DNA of 63,719 bases, counting the filler, from Sphaeroforma arctica JP610 (Eukaryota): the NCBI RefSeq assembly GCF_001186125.1. It is 5 parts of 2 records of this genome, joined end to end, with 100 filler letters (N's around TTAATTAATTAA, not from the genome) between each part and the next. Parts side by side here need not be neighbours in the genome. Positions count along the whole stretch, not along the records: positions 1 to 9,796 come from NW_014040535.1; positions 9,897 to 34,560 come from NW_014040535.1; 3 more parts are not named here. One strand, given 5' to 3'. The notes below the pieces were generated by a model, which had not been told where the DNA came from, searched no databases, and was given only the letters and a program-made list of their open reading frames with translations. Positions within the stretch are counted from its first letter, which is position 1; every line of letters starts with the position of its first letter. Position numbers and translations under genes: made by a program. Shown piece after piece: positions 1 through 12,961 of the stretch.

Positions 1-33
1 TTATTCTGTGTGTGTGTGTGTGTTGTGTGGTAG

Positions 34-77
<44 letters not shown>

Positions 78-508
78 GTTGTGTATGGGATTATATATAT
101 GTGTGTGTAATTTTTTTTGGGATGTGTGGTTGTGTATGTGAGTGTGGATATGTGTGTTTGATGTCGTGTGAGAGCGTGCTTGTATGTGTGTGTGTCTCAG
201 GCGACGCAACTCATCCTTTTGGAGAGGAGATTTATATTTGTGTCGTTTTCCTATATATATGAATCCGAATATATACACTAGATATATAACTGCAATATCA
301 ATTTACATACACATGCACATACACCCACTAATTATATGTACTGGAATACATACATACACACACGTGAACATGTATGCATATACATACGTACATAAACAAT
401 AGATACACACGGACACATACCTACACACACAAACACACAACCAACCCACTGCACAACCGAATAATCAGTACTGTATATACCGTCTCTTACATTGGCCCTA
501 CCACACAG

Positions 509-2353
509 CGCCTAAGCCGATTGGGTGGAACAACATGCGCGAATGTCTGAGTACTATGACTGCGATCAAACTAACCAATGCCGCAACGAAGTCCTGCATA
601 GCAACCACACCCACACCCGTAGCAACGGCCCTGGCGTCTCCTGCGGTAACTATCAGCATGCAGACAGTGTACATTGCCGGCAGGTGAGTTGTGTTGTGTT
701 GGGTGGGGGGTGTTGTTTGTTGCGATAGGATGTTTGTATGTATGTATGTATGTATGTATGTATGTACGTACGTATGTATGTATGTATGTATGTATTAATA
801 TGTATTTATGTATGTATATATGTACGTGTACATGTATATAAGTATGTTTGTAGTCTCCATCGGGTGCTATTGTTATGCCCTATTACACACCAATGATCAT
901 TCACACATTTATAATTGTTTGTGTGCGTTAATATTGGATTGCCTGTGCTCGCGGCATGTAGTCTTCGACGATAGCAAGCTCACGTACATAAGGCTTGATA
1001 AGCATATGCTGAGATTTACAAGCGTTTATATCTTCATATCTTTGATACGTTCATGTACGCGTTTATTTTTTTACATCTTTATTACGTTAATGTGTTGATA
1101 ATCATATACTGAGATTTGTAAGCGTTTGTATCTTCATATCTATGATGCGTTCATGTAAGCGTTTATGTTTCCACATCTTATTTACGTTAATATGTTGATA
1201 AGAATATGCTGCGATTTGTAAGCGTTTGTATCTTCATATCTTTGATATGTTAATGTAAGCGTTTATATCTTCATTACGTTAATGTGTTGGTAAGCACATA
1301 CTGAGATTATATAGCGTTTATATCTTCCTATCTTTATTACGTTAATGTGTTCATAAGCACATACTGAGATTTGATAGCGTTTAAATCTTCATATCTTCAT
1401 CACGTTAATGTATTGATAGGAATGTTCTGAGGTTTGATAGCGTTTAAAACTTCATATCTTTATCACGTTAATGTATTGATAGGAATGTTCTGAGGTTTGA
1501 TAGCGTTTAAAACTTCATATCTTTATCACGTTAATGTATTGATAGGAATGTTCTGAGGTTTGATAGCGTTTAAATCTTCGTATCTTTATTACGTTCATGT
1601 GTTGATGAGCATGTAATGAGATTTTTCAAGCTTTTATTTCTTCATATCTTTGATACGTTCATGTCTCGATAAGCATATATGGAGTTTTGTGAGCGGCTGT
1701 ATCTTCATATCTCTGATACATTAATGTGCTGTGAGGCGTATACTGAGCTTTGTAAACGTACACCAACGCATTTGGTGCCTCATAATTGCTTCCATTCGCA
1801 CATGTGTAGGTATAATAAGTACTCAAAGGAACTGTCGCAAACACCGTGGATGTTAAACGGTGTCTTAAAAACACCCCATAGCGTTCTCTCGCGGATGGAA
1901 TCACATTTCCTGACAGCCACCAAATGCAGGTATGTGCATGACACACACACGTGCACATGGATTTACGAACATGCACAAAAGATACACTAGATGTAGGTAT
2001 ATGAAAAGACACTCACACGTGTATATAAATATACGAACATGCGCAAAAGATGCACTAGATGTAGGTATATGGAAAAACACACACACACGTGTATATAAAT
2101 ATACGAACATTCGCCGTAGATATATTACGACCATACACAAAGGAAGACTAGATGTAGGTATTTGCACTACGCACACATGTGTCCATGTGTACGTACGGAG
2201 ACTACGTGCGTGTATTCGAGCAGAACTCTGGCAATGGAATGTAGTACGACTTATATAATTTATATATATATATATATTAATATATATATACATATTTATA
2301 TATATGTATATATATGTATGTATATTATATATGTGTGTGTGTGTGTGTGTGTT

Positions 2354-2384
<31 letters not shown>

Positions 2385-5300
2385 ACCCATACTATGAAGT
2401 TTCGAACCCATTGTTACATACTCGCACACACGCGTACACACATACCTGAAATTCTAAAACTTTAAAACCCTAAAACCCCGCCTAGTTCTGTGGTCTTCTC
2501 ATCGTCTGGTCGTGAGGATGTGGATGTTCGCATGTTGGGCCGTGGGCGACCGTTTGTGATGGAGTGCGTCAACCCCAAACGACAGATGACCACTGCAATG
2601 CTCAGCACACTACAACGCACAGTCAACGAGTCATGCTCTGACATGCGCATCAACGACATCCAGGTGTGTGTGTGTGTGTGTGTGTGTGTGTACATACATC
2701 GAGGTGTAATATATATGTATATACATATATATATATATATATATACTTGCTTCACAGTCACACCTGAGTATATATGCGCTCATACTTGTGGTAACTGCAT
2801 TACTATAGTCCTTTATGTAAGTGTATGATATTCTGAATTCTTATACACACTTTTTTTGAGTTCAATTGCATTGGTAACATCATTACTATAGAAAACCTTA
2901 TTGCGCGCGTGCATGTACACCACAACCATGCACACCGCCTTGTAAGCTATACGACACAACGTACACAATCAAGTATGGTCATATCCATGTGTGTATATCA
3001 CACCCATGCACATAGCCACCGTCATTTCTGGCACGCTGTGTTTTTGAATAATTGGTATTGTATATACAACGAGTGTGTACATACCTTAGGTTATATATAT
3101 ACAGTCTGTGTTTGCATACGTTATATAGTATAACCAACGTATAACTGCACACGTTATATCACATACACATCACTCATGCGCACATCCCTACACGTTTCAG
3201 GTAGTCACAAAAGAAGAGACGCTTAGGAATAGGGAAGATGACTCGGACAAGCGCAAGAAGTACCTGGCCACCGTCACCTTTGCTGAGGCTCAGACAGACG
3301 ACTCCATCAAGGCCCTCAACGAGACGGGCGAGTTTTTAATACAACAACAGACACCCGTGCGTGTGCTACACAGGTGTGTGTAGGTAAACAAACACATGTG
3401 TGTGTACTGCATATATATGTGTATGTAAAGGGTATGAATGTGTATTTATACAAACATGTGTACATACAGTACGCGCGTGCATACCCTTTACTCACGCACT
3501 CTGCCCCAACCTGTGTAGACAGCCACTGCAAAAACGCGGCCACGGATGATCTACGCCAGTACTCTGTAACATATATGCATGATCACATGCTGCATTCACA
3601 TATACACCTATATGCAAAAACGTATACATACAGTACGCGCTAGTCATACAACTATATACAAAAATCTATACATACAGTACGCGCTAGTCATACAACTATA
3701 TACAAAAACGTATACATACAGTACCCACTAGTCATACAACTGTATTCAAAAACGTAAACATACAGTACCCGCTAGTCATACAACTGTATGCAAAAACGTA
3801 AACATACAGTACCCGCTAATCATACAACTATATACAAAAATGTATATATACAGTACGCGCGAGTATACCCTTTACTCAAACACTCTGCCCCAACCTTTGT
3901 AGACGGCCACTGCTGACACGGCCACGGATGATCTACGCCAGTCATCTGCAGCTCACGAGTCCGTTTAACGGACTGTTGACTCTGACGACCCAAGCAGGCA
4001 CCTACATCAAGGAGTTCTGTCACGGAGATCTTGGTATGTGGGATGTGATGGGCATGGAGTATATATCTATAGGCTGAGTAGTATGTATACTATTAATAGT
4101 AGATATAGGCTAAATATGTATATATCCTATATAGTAATATAGCTATAGGCTAAGTAGTAAATATGATAAGTAGTAGTATATCTATAGGTTAGAAAGTATA
4201 TATCCTATATAGTAGTATATCTATAGGCTAAGTAGTACATATATGGGCTAAATAGTATATATCCTATATAGTAGTATATCTATAGGCTAAGTAGTATGTA
4301 TGCTAAGTAGTAGTATATAGGCTAAATAGTATATATCCTATATTGTAGTATATCAATTGGCTAAGTAGTAGTATATCTATAGGCTAAATAGTACTATATC
4401 TATAGGCTAAGTAGTATGTATTCTAAGTAGTAGTATATGTATAGACTAAATAGTATATATCCTATATAGTAGTACATCTATAGGCTAAGTAGTATGTATG
4501 CTAAGTAGTAGTATATCTATAGGCTAAATAGTATATTTCCTATATAGTAGTATATCTATAGGCTAAGTAGTATATATGCTAAGTAGTAGTATATCTATTG
4601 GCTAAATAGTATATATATTATATAGTAGTATATCTATAGGCTAAGTAGTATATATGCTAAGTAGTAGTGTATCTATAGGCTAGTTACTTACATGCTAAGT
4701 AGTAGTAGATCTATAACTGATATGCTGAGTAGTCGTATACCTATAGGTTAATAAATTACATGCTAAGTAGTAGTAGATCTAAAAACTGATATGCCAAGTA
4801 GTAGTGTGTGTGTATGCTAAGTAGTAGTGTCTTTGTAAGCTGGGCCATGGTATCTGTATCCGCTATGCAAGGGTATGTGCTTGTGCTATGTGCCGTTGTG
4901 GGGTGTGCTATGGTACAGTGTGCGTATATGCTAGTAGTGTGTATGGTGTGTATTTGTATAATAGCACAATGAGAGCATCGTACGATTAAATCTGATATGT
5001 GCGTTTGACTTGAGTATTGGGCATGCGTTATTTGTGAGAATTCGGTATTTCTGTCCCGAAACGAGATATTACAAATTGAATCAACGCTGTCAAAAATTTG
5101 TGTGATTTTGGAACACAGTGGTATTGATAGAGTCGGCGCATGTGCACATGGTGTTCTGACTGGGTAGTGGATTGTGGGTTTAGGGTTTCTAGGGATTTTA
5201 CACACACACACACACGCACACCACACACACACGCATATATATATATATATAGGTTTAGGGTTTGAAACCCCTGCAAACCGTAGAACATATTGCATTAGCG

Positions 5301-5744
5301 ATACGGCGGTGCAACACACTCGTGGGCTACTGCTCCTCAATTCACGACGTTTTTTTTTTAAGAGTATTGTTGAAAAAGCGACTATTCGATACGTAGGTAG
5401 AAGTGCCATCTATCGAGATACCGGCCACTTTATATATTCAGCTTCATGTCGAACAAGTGTAAAGTTGTGCTTTCAATAGTCTGAATCTAAGCTCATAATC
5501 TACACATTTGTGTAATATATAATGTGCGTAATACAAAGTGATATTTATACGTAATATTTCTGTTTCTGTAGTATGTGTGTAATATAAAGTGGTATTCATA
5601 CGTACTGCTTCTGTTTCTGTTGTGTTTTCAGGTCGAACTGTGCCCAACCTGTCAACGTTTCTGAAGTGCGACTGTGATATCTCCGACCTCGACGTAGCGG
5701 ATGTGGAGATGGACTGGCCGCCTAGAATAGAGCAAGACTTCTGA
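509..5744 (+). CDS. PUS10: tRNA pseudouridine synthase Pus10, 3' part (5' exons lie upstream of the window)
   Basis: Phase-consistent GT-AG exons: 509-683, 1810-1929, 2486-2663, 3201-3373, 3903-4033, 5632-5744 (TGA). The spliced peptide contains VYIAGRYNKYSKELSQTPW, FSSSGREDVDVRMLGRGRPF (catalytic Asp motif), QQTPVRVLHRRPL, TTQAGTYIKEFCHGDLGRTVPNL and DVEMDWPP, all characteristic of eukaryotic Pus10. Confidence 0.95.
985..1730. repeat. Intronic minisatellite, ~60-bp degenerate unit
   Basis: Recurring gataagcatatgctgagattt...agcgtttatatcttcatatctttattacgttaatgt; near-identical 60-bp copies at 1381-1560. Confidence 0.85.
1925..2200. repeat. Intronic tandem repeat whose units contain a copy of the PUS10 donor site
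   Basis: The real donor atgcag|gtatgt (1929/1930) is echoed as atgtaggtatat at ~1991 and ~2059 and atgtaggtattt at ~2152. Confidence 0.65.
3461..3860 (+). repeat. Duplicated PUS10 acceptor and exon start (pseudo-exon), followed by a ~40-bp minisatellite
   Basis: 3461-3560 is a diverged copy of 3846-3942 (ctctgccccaacc..tgtag|ac.gccactg..cacggatgatctacgccagt). 3625-3860 is repeats of catacagtac(g/c)cgctagtcatacaactatatacaaaaa. Confidence 0.85.
4060..4830. repeat. Intronic AT-rich minisatellite (tagtagtatatctataggctaag variants)
   Basis: Many degenerate copies are directly visible. Confidence 0.85.
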
Positions 5745-8647
5745 ATAAAACTCCCAATTATATAACGGAACGTAAAGTCGTCGTCTAATATGTTTAGGTA
5801 TATATATATATACATATATGTATATATATATGTATGTATATATATATATATGTGTACACGTACACACACCCACATATATATGTATATATATATATATACG
5901 AATGTATGCCCGCCGAAATGGTTTACTGTAGAGCTGGAAATTATATACATATACGATAAGAAATACAGAGTAGATTTGAGCTTTACAACATGAAATTCAT
6001 AACAGATTTGGCAAGGTGAACAAGTATGGAAAGTAATATGGAAATAGTGCATAGCTGATATCCTTATAATAAATCACAAACTAAAGTAGATAGTCCGTAC
6101 ACGATTTATGCGCTTTTCGGCGATAGCTGTGTTATTCTGAATTCGAAATTAACTCATCGAAATTGTCACCTGAACCGAGTATTTTAGTATGCGTTGGCGT
6201 ATCCAGCTTTAATTACGTGCCTGTGTCAAGCCAATTTCGCAAGTATGCATAAGCGTGACTGGCATCGCGTGAGCTGAAGCCCCCGTTAAATCTTACATAA
6301 AGTTGTTTACAACACGTGAATCGATTTTTTATTTGATTATGCTTCTTCCTGTGGTAAGTTTCTGAGACAATACAATGCAAGCAGTGATCTCGTTGGTGAT
6401 GGTGTTAAATAAATAAAAAGGAGTACTTGAATAGCTATGCCCAGGATCCTTCGACTAAATACTGGTTAGCCTTTAAAGTAGAACTGATAAAGCACGAAAC
6501 GCACTTACAACTTTGAGTTTTTGTTTGGTGTTCCGTGATTGAAGATTGATTCTAGGGTTTCAAAATAATTTGGAGCCATCAACTATTCAGACTCTCCTTC
6601 GCATTTTGATTGGCAGCCATGACAAATCTGCCTCCGAGTTAGATAACGGTACTTCTACAGGGGAATGATGACAGTACTCTTAGTTTTCTACCTGCATCGG
6701 TATGGTTTTTCATATCAGTGTTACTTTGCAGTGAACGTGATGCATTATGTTGTCGCTCAGTTTGCACTTTTTATGTAAAAACATTCAAGTAAGCAATATG
6801 TGAGCCTTCACATATCGCCTACATGAATTTATCCATACTAGAATTGCGGCATTGTAAAATTTTCCTTATGATTGAACGACTGCATACAATCCCAAAGAAA
6901 TGAGTGCCTATGAAACCATAGCTAAACGCACGCGCTCTTAGTAAGAAAAAAAAATACAGAAGATTATCAATATGTTGAATATTGTAATATGGCGATATTT
7001 AGATGTATGTGAATATACATCTAAATATATACGAACTTTTATGGGACTGTTCATACAATGTAAAATATTGATAGTGTGAATACATATATACATCCATGTT
7101 CTCATATGTATGTATGTATACGTGAGTATAGATATGTTTATACGTGCCGGATGTATCATAGCGCTCTGGTTGTAATTTAGAAGGCTATATAAATATGTGA
7201 TAAAGCTTTTTATATTTTTCAAGCTTTGTATGTACATATGTATGTATGTATGTATTAACATTTGGCGTTATATATAATTATCAGTAAAACAATAATAATA
7301 TTACAACGTGCTCGTTGTCATGTTGCCACATTCGTTGATTGGTTTAAAATCGCTTTTATTTTAACTCGGAAAAGCCTAAAAGCCTTAGCGAGTCAACGGG
7401 TGGCACACCTCAATACGTTTTACGATAAACGTATAATCATGTATGCATTGATATTGTATTTGTGAACAATATGCTATTACGTTGAACGCTTGAAATTTAA
7501 GGTTAACGCTTTTAAATCGAATCCTTTTAACGGATTGAGATTAGACGGGAAGTCAGGAACCCTGAACCCCGCGAGAGTTAAATATAACTTTGAGAAATAG
7601 AATAGGTAAATTTAAGAAAATACGTGTGAAGCCCAAATGCCCCAAAAAGTTACAACCTCGCTAGTTTTGTTTTGTTACTTTTTTTCAAAGTACTTTTTGT
7701 GTACTCTATTATACAACAAACCCCCCCCCCCCCCCCCCCAAGTTTTGCGATAAAAAATAAACGCCGTCGCCAGGGGGTCCGATTTTTAATAATAGAACGT
7801 GAACGCTTATTTGTGCTTCTAGAAAGTATCATAGCCTTCTGTATAATAATTCAGAAGGCTATGAAAATAGGTTTATACATCCGTTTTTACGAAATAAATA
7901 TGTATTGAGGCTAGTCAGGCTACATATTTACGTCAATCAATATCTTTAAATTAGGTCCCCGGCTCCCCCCGCCGGTATCGCACCCAACAATCGGAGAGCA
8001 AATACAAAACTATTTGCTTCAAAAAAAAAAAAGGGACTTTGAACCCAACATTCTGTCTGGACAGTATGACATATCAGCTGCAGGCTTTACTTGCGTGTGC
8101 TAGATATTTTTTAAACTGTTGTGTGAATGCATAGCCTGTACTGTACGACGAAGGCTCTAGCTAGTGGTGTATATCACCTAGTGCAGTGTTTGCATTGGAA
8201 GTAGTAGGGCCTAGATCAGCCATAGGTAGTGAGTAGTGCCGCATTGCTTATAACATGAGGACATAGACTGATAAACAAGGCGGCCTGGATATACTGTGCA
8301 CGTGTTGGGATTGGAAATTGTTTGTACACAGGATATATACTTAGATAGATATTTNNNNNNNNNNNNNNNNNNNNNNNNNNNNNNNNNNNNNNNNNNNNNN
8401 NNNNNNNNNNNNNNNNNNNNNNNNNNNNNNNNNNNNNNNNNNNNNNNNNNNNNNNNNNNNNNNNNNNNNNNNNNNNNNNNNNNNNNNNNNNNNNNNNNNN
8501 NNNNNNNNNNNNNNNNNNNNNNNNNNNNNNNNNNNNNTATATATATATATATATATATATTATACATGTATACATCAATCTTATACACACTAACACTTAC
8601 ATATTTATACACGTTAAGAAATCTGATCGCATACGGTAAACTTTAGC

Positions 8648-10672
8648 ATGTCAAACGCAGCTGAACTCGATACATTACCAGCGGTAGACATACCCACAAA
8701 AACCACAGAGGTACCAATCATAGAGGGTGAACTTATGAACAATACGGCTTCAATGGAAGCCTCCGGTGTTATGGGTGACGATATAGACCAGCAATTCACT
8801 ACCCTAGAGACTATTCGAGACGTAGACGATAGTAGGAATGCTGAACAAGAAACTATCACTACAGACACAGACACTAAGCCTACCGAGAGCATTGAATCAA
8901 TAGATGAGTATGCAAGCGCCCACTCAATCGACGAGTACGCGAGTGCTAACTCGGTGTTGGACCGAGGTGATTTTTCTCAGCACACAGATACAGCAGACAG
9001 CGGAGACGCTATAGCTAGGGATCGTATAGTGCATGCGGATAATCTGGCTGGTGCTGCGACAATTGCAGAAGAAACGGAGGTGAGTGAGACAAGTGCAGTG
9101 CATAGTGTTACGGATGAGCAAGTACATCAAGATGTTACGGATAACGATGAATCAGCTGGTGGTGGTGTTACAATCATACAAGATAATGCCAGCGAGGTTG
9201 GTGCGACCGGGAGTGCTGATTGTAGTCAGCGTACTGATGGGACAGATAAGACTAGTGAAATAGATACAGCAGATGATGTAAAAGATGTAAAAGAAGACAC
9301 AAACGTAACTAATGCAGTCAGTGGTGATGTTGTGAGTGTACCACATGGTAGCAATAAGGGCGATACGCCCGGTGATGCTGATGAGAAGGATACTGAAAGC
9401 ATCGTTGTTGATGTGAAGGATAGTATGCCGGATGCGGAGGCTGGCGTAGGTGATAGTGAGAGTGTAGAGACTCAAGGATCAACGGTGAACGACATATCTG
9501 AAGTCGCTGAGGAGAAAGATGGGCAGCGGGTGGCCCACAAGACTGAGACTGAAAGTGTTAAAGTGAACTGTAAAAGGAAGGAGGAAGGTGAAGGTAACAG
9601 TACAAGTAAGGGGGATGAGGTGAAGACAGGCGTTGTAGCGAAAGTGACAAACGACCGGCCTAGTGCCATGGGGTTGAAGGGAAAGGATGACAAGAAGAGC
9701 AAGAAGAAAGACAAGAAAAAGGCCGCGAAGGAGGTGTGTGTACTTGGTTTAGTGTGACCAGATATAGGTATACATTCATACATACATGGATTGTCCNNNN
9801 NNNNNNNNNNNNNNNNNNNNNNNNNNNNNNNNNNNNNNNNTTAATTAATTAANNNNNNNNNNNNNNNNNNNNNNNNNNNNNNNNNNNNNNNNNNNNATAT
9901 ATATATAATTATATATAATTATATATATATAAATATATTTAATTTTATATATAATTAAGAAATGTGCATACCGTTCGGCGAATCGTATCTCCCGCGTGTC
10001 ATTCTCACCGCTCCTTTCGCCACAGATTTACTCACGGCTTGACCTGTACTTCGGTTGTTTAAAACTTACTCCCGTCGTTTAAACCTTACTCCACTCGTTT
10101 ATATCTTACGCCGCGTGGTTGTTTTTATCGTGCTCCAGGCGACGCAGGTGGATGCAGTCAATCGAAGAGATTCAACGCATATGCAAATGCCCAACATCCT
10201 GGCTGATGTCCGTTCTGGTCGCGCCTTCACCCGTAATGTAAGTCGTGTGTGTATCCTGTTAGTCTCACGTTCGCCAATGTATCGTACTATCTCTGTAGTA
10301 GACAGTCTTTCGCACTCATCGGATGTATTCCCTACTACAGCTCCACTGAAACACTTGACTTTTGCACCTAAATGCGAAATGTATATACATGTACATATAT
10401 ATACATATCTATGCATATACAAACATCGAAATGCATGTGCATATGCATTTTCATATACATGTACACATACATATACATGCACATATCTATATCTATACAT
10501 TCTCACATACGCATCGTAGTCATCCTAAACCCTACAGTCCTTGATTTCTTCTCGATATCCAGCACGACATGCCTGAGATAGAGGATGCGGCCAATGAACT
10601 GACCAAGCGCATGACCCAGTACTACGGCCCCACCACCGCTTCTATGGAAGACCTCTCTGAGGCTGTCGCGTG
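8648..10672 (+). CDS. Uncharacterised acidic (D/E/T/S-rich) disordered protein with a Lys-rich patch and a C-terminal DAD/WH2-like motif
   Basis: Exon 8648-9733 (362 codons, ends KKKDKKKAAKE|gtgtgt), exon 10139-10237 (ATQVDAVNRRDSTHMQMPNILADVRSGRAFTRN|gtaagt), exon 10563-~10670 (HDMPEIEDAANELTKRMTQYYGPTTASMEDLSEAVA, then TGA or a gtgagt donor). All joins are phase 0. An assembly gap (9797-9896) lies in intron 1, so the exon 1-2 linkage is unproven. Confidence 0.6.
9797..9896. other. Assembly spacer (100 bp of N with central TTAATTAATTAA); identical spacers at 34561-34660, 52395-52494 and 58430-58529
   Basis: Fixed length with an all-frame stop linker. This is artificial, not biological. Confidence 0.95.
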
Positions 10673-10719
10673 AGTTCGGCAACATCAGTAGTAAACTCAT
10701 ATTCGTACCCCAGCATGCG

Positions 10720-10870
10720 AATAGTATAGTTAACCTCTTTACTTATCAGGATGAGTCATGGAATAGTATAGTTAACCTCCTGTGTAGTCTCCATATACTT
10801 ATCAGGATGAGTCATGGAATAGTATAGTTGACCTCCTGTGTAGTTTCCATATACCTATCAGGATGCGTCA
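10720..10870. repeat. Short tandem duplication (~57-bp unit)
   Basis: gaatagtatagttaacctc...acttatcaggatgagtcatg repeated 2-3 times. Confidence 0.7.
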
Positions 10871-12846
10871 CGCGACATGTACACAGCCTGGGACACTCCC
10901 TTGGCTACGGTGTGAGTCATAGCTGCTGCTGCTAAAGACCTCACAGTGGCTTTAGTACCAGTCTGTACTACGTAGGCTGGTCCAGCTATATATCTGCTCA
11001 AAGTATGTAGATCAAAGCAAGGCGTCAATGGTCGGCGGGTGTGTCGTAGTCATTCCACCGCGTGAGGATTGTATTCTCACTCGGCCTACCTACCCACGTG
11101 CACCGATTCCGTGCACACGTGTGGACTGGTTGCTGTGTTCGACTGGTGAACAGTCCGGGTCTGTGGCAAACCAACAGAGCTACAGGAGACCTCTACGCGT
11201 GTTGCGCACTACGTATTGGTCAGTGGCTCGTTGACCAACAATTTTTAGAAACGATGAGTCATCCCCTGGGTCGAGACAGTTGGCAATTGGTTTGCTGCCA
11301 CCAGCACTTGGCTGTTTAAACTTGCGTATATGACATCGGCGGTATTGTACGTATTCAACTCAGGCTAGGGTTAGGGCTTTAGGACTTTACCCCCTGAGTC
11401 GCGTTCCTTCACAGCTCAGTTGTCAATTGCGCCATTTTAGTTTTAAGTTTAAATAAAGTTAATTATTGCACATTGATTAAATTATAGTTTGATTCGCGAT
11501 ACCTTCAAATGCATTTTGGGAATATTGTTTAAAATTGGCTACTTGATCCTAAGGCGGTTCCAAATCGGTTACTGTTTCTGGCGAATTAATGCCCAAAAAT
11601 CCCCGCTCTTACCTCTTATTCCATACCTAGGGTCAGAATTGACCTCTCACCTTCCATATATGGGCAAATGGTGACGCGCCAAAAAGAGCCCGCTATAAAA
11701 CAGGCTCATTGTTTTTGACACCTGCCGTAAAGCATTCAAACTTGGACATAGTACTGTGTATTTATCAACTTGTTGCTATTGTGGTTCCTAATGTACATAC
11801 TGAAACAAATGAATCGTGGTAACAGCCTTGGTGCGCCGATAGTGCCAAAAAAAAATAGGGTGCAAAGAGCTAAGAGCTCAGCCGAAAATTTAGGCAGAAA
11901 CAGATATCAATTTTGAACCACCTAAAACTTAAATTGTATGCAAAACTCTTGTCCGCACATGATGAAGCACTTGATGTGGATATCTGTTGTGCATCTTTCG
12001 TACATATCTGGGATTATGTAGCGTACCTTCCGTACGTAACTAATTGTTGTCTTTGATGCTCCTGTAGATAGGTAGTTCAATGTACTCAATCGTACAAATC
12101 CTTATATACTTTAATACCAAAATAATAGCTATACACCTGAGGTCAAATATATAACCGATGAAAAATCACATTCCGGAACATTTAAGGGCATGGACAGTAC
12201 CTTAACAGTTGCGTTTTACGTTTAAATATGTTCACAGTTACTTGCTTCATTTCAACCTGGAAGCATATATATGGAAATCTCCGATTGTCGGTACAACCAT
12301 ATTATTTTCAAGTGACAGAACGATCGTGCCACCTGTCCTCTTGTAATTGTTTTGGGAACGTATATGGCACCATCGAGGTAATAACAAGAAATACATTCAA
12401 ATTTCAAACTTGGGCAGTAGCCTTTTGGAAATCACAATAGCCTTCTTATCAGAACGACAAATAAGATTGAGAAGTACCTGCTGGTACACTCCCATCCCTA
12501 GCCAAACGGTTGCAACCAATACAAATGCAAATATATTATCGGTGAGATGATGCAGCTGGCAGCAACCTATCATTGCCTGCTATTTACATGGTTTAATGTA
12601 CAACCTATAAGGTAATGTGAAAGGGAAGGAAGTTTATCGTTCCATAGGATTGCCTATAGGAGGAGTTTTTTGTGTTTACGGGGTAGCTGATAAAATGAGT
12701 TGAAAACAACACTGTTTTAGAAGAAGATAAATGGACCCGGCTTTCGAGGGTGATATGCCGGCGCTACTGGACGAAATTATACCCGAATAGCAGGGTAAGA
12801 ATACACTAGGGTAGTATATAGGATGCTGTAGTGACAGCAGTGTTAG

Positions 12847-12961
12847 ACACACTAGCACAACTACCTGTTACACACTAGCACAACTACCTGTTACACACTA
12901 GCACAACTACCTGTTACACACTAGCACAACTACCTGTTACACACTAGCACAACTACCTGTT
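12847..12961. repeat. Perfect minisatellite, 5 x 23 bp (acacactagcacaactacctgtt)
   Basis: Five identical adjacent copies with no spacers. Confidence 0.95.

Noticed and set aside
4756..5409. 217-aa minus-strand ORF inside a PUS10 intron
   Set aside because: It runs through microsatellite and minisatellite sequence and has no recognisable domain.
9841..9852. TTAATTAATTAA palindrome recurring four times
   Set aside because: It is always centred in a 100-bp N run, so it is an artificial contig linker.
12847..12961. Regular 23-bp repeat as a CRISPR array
   Set aside because: The copies are directly adjacent with no unique spacers, there are no cas genes, and the context is eukaryotic.
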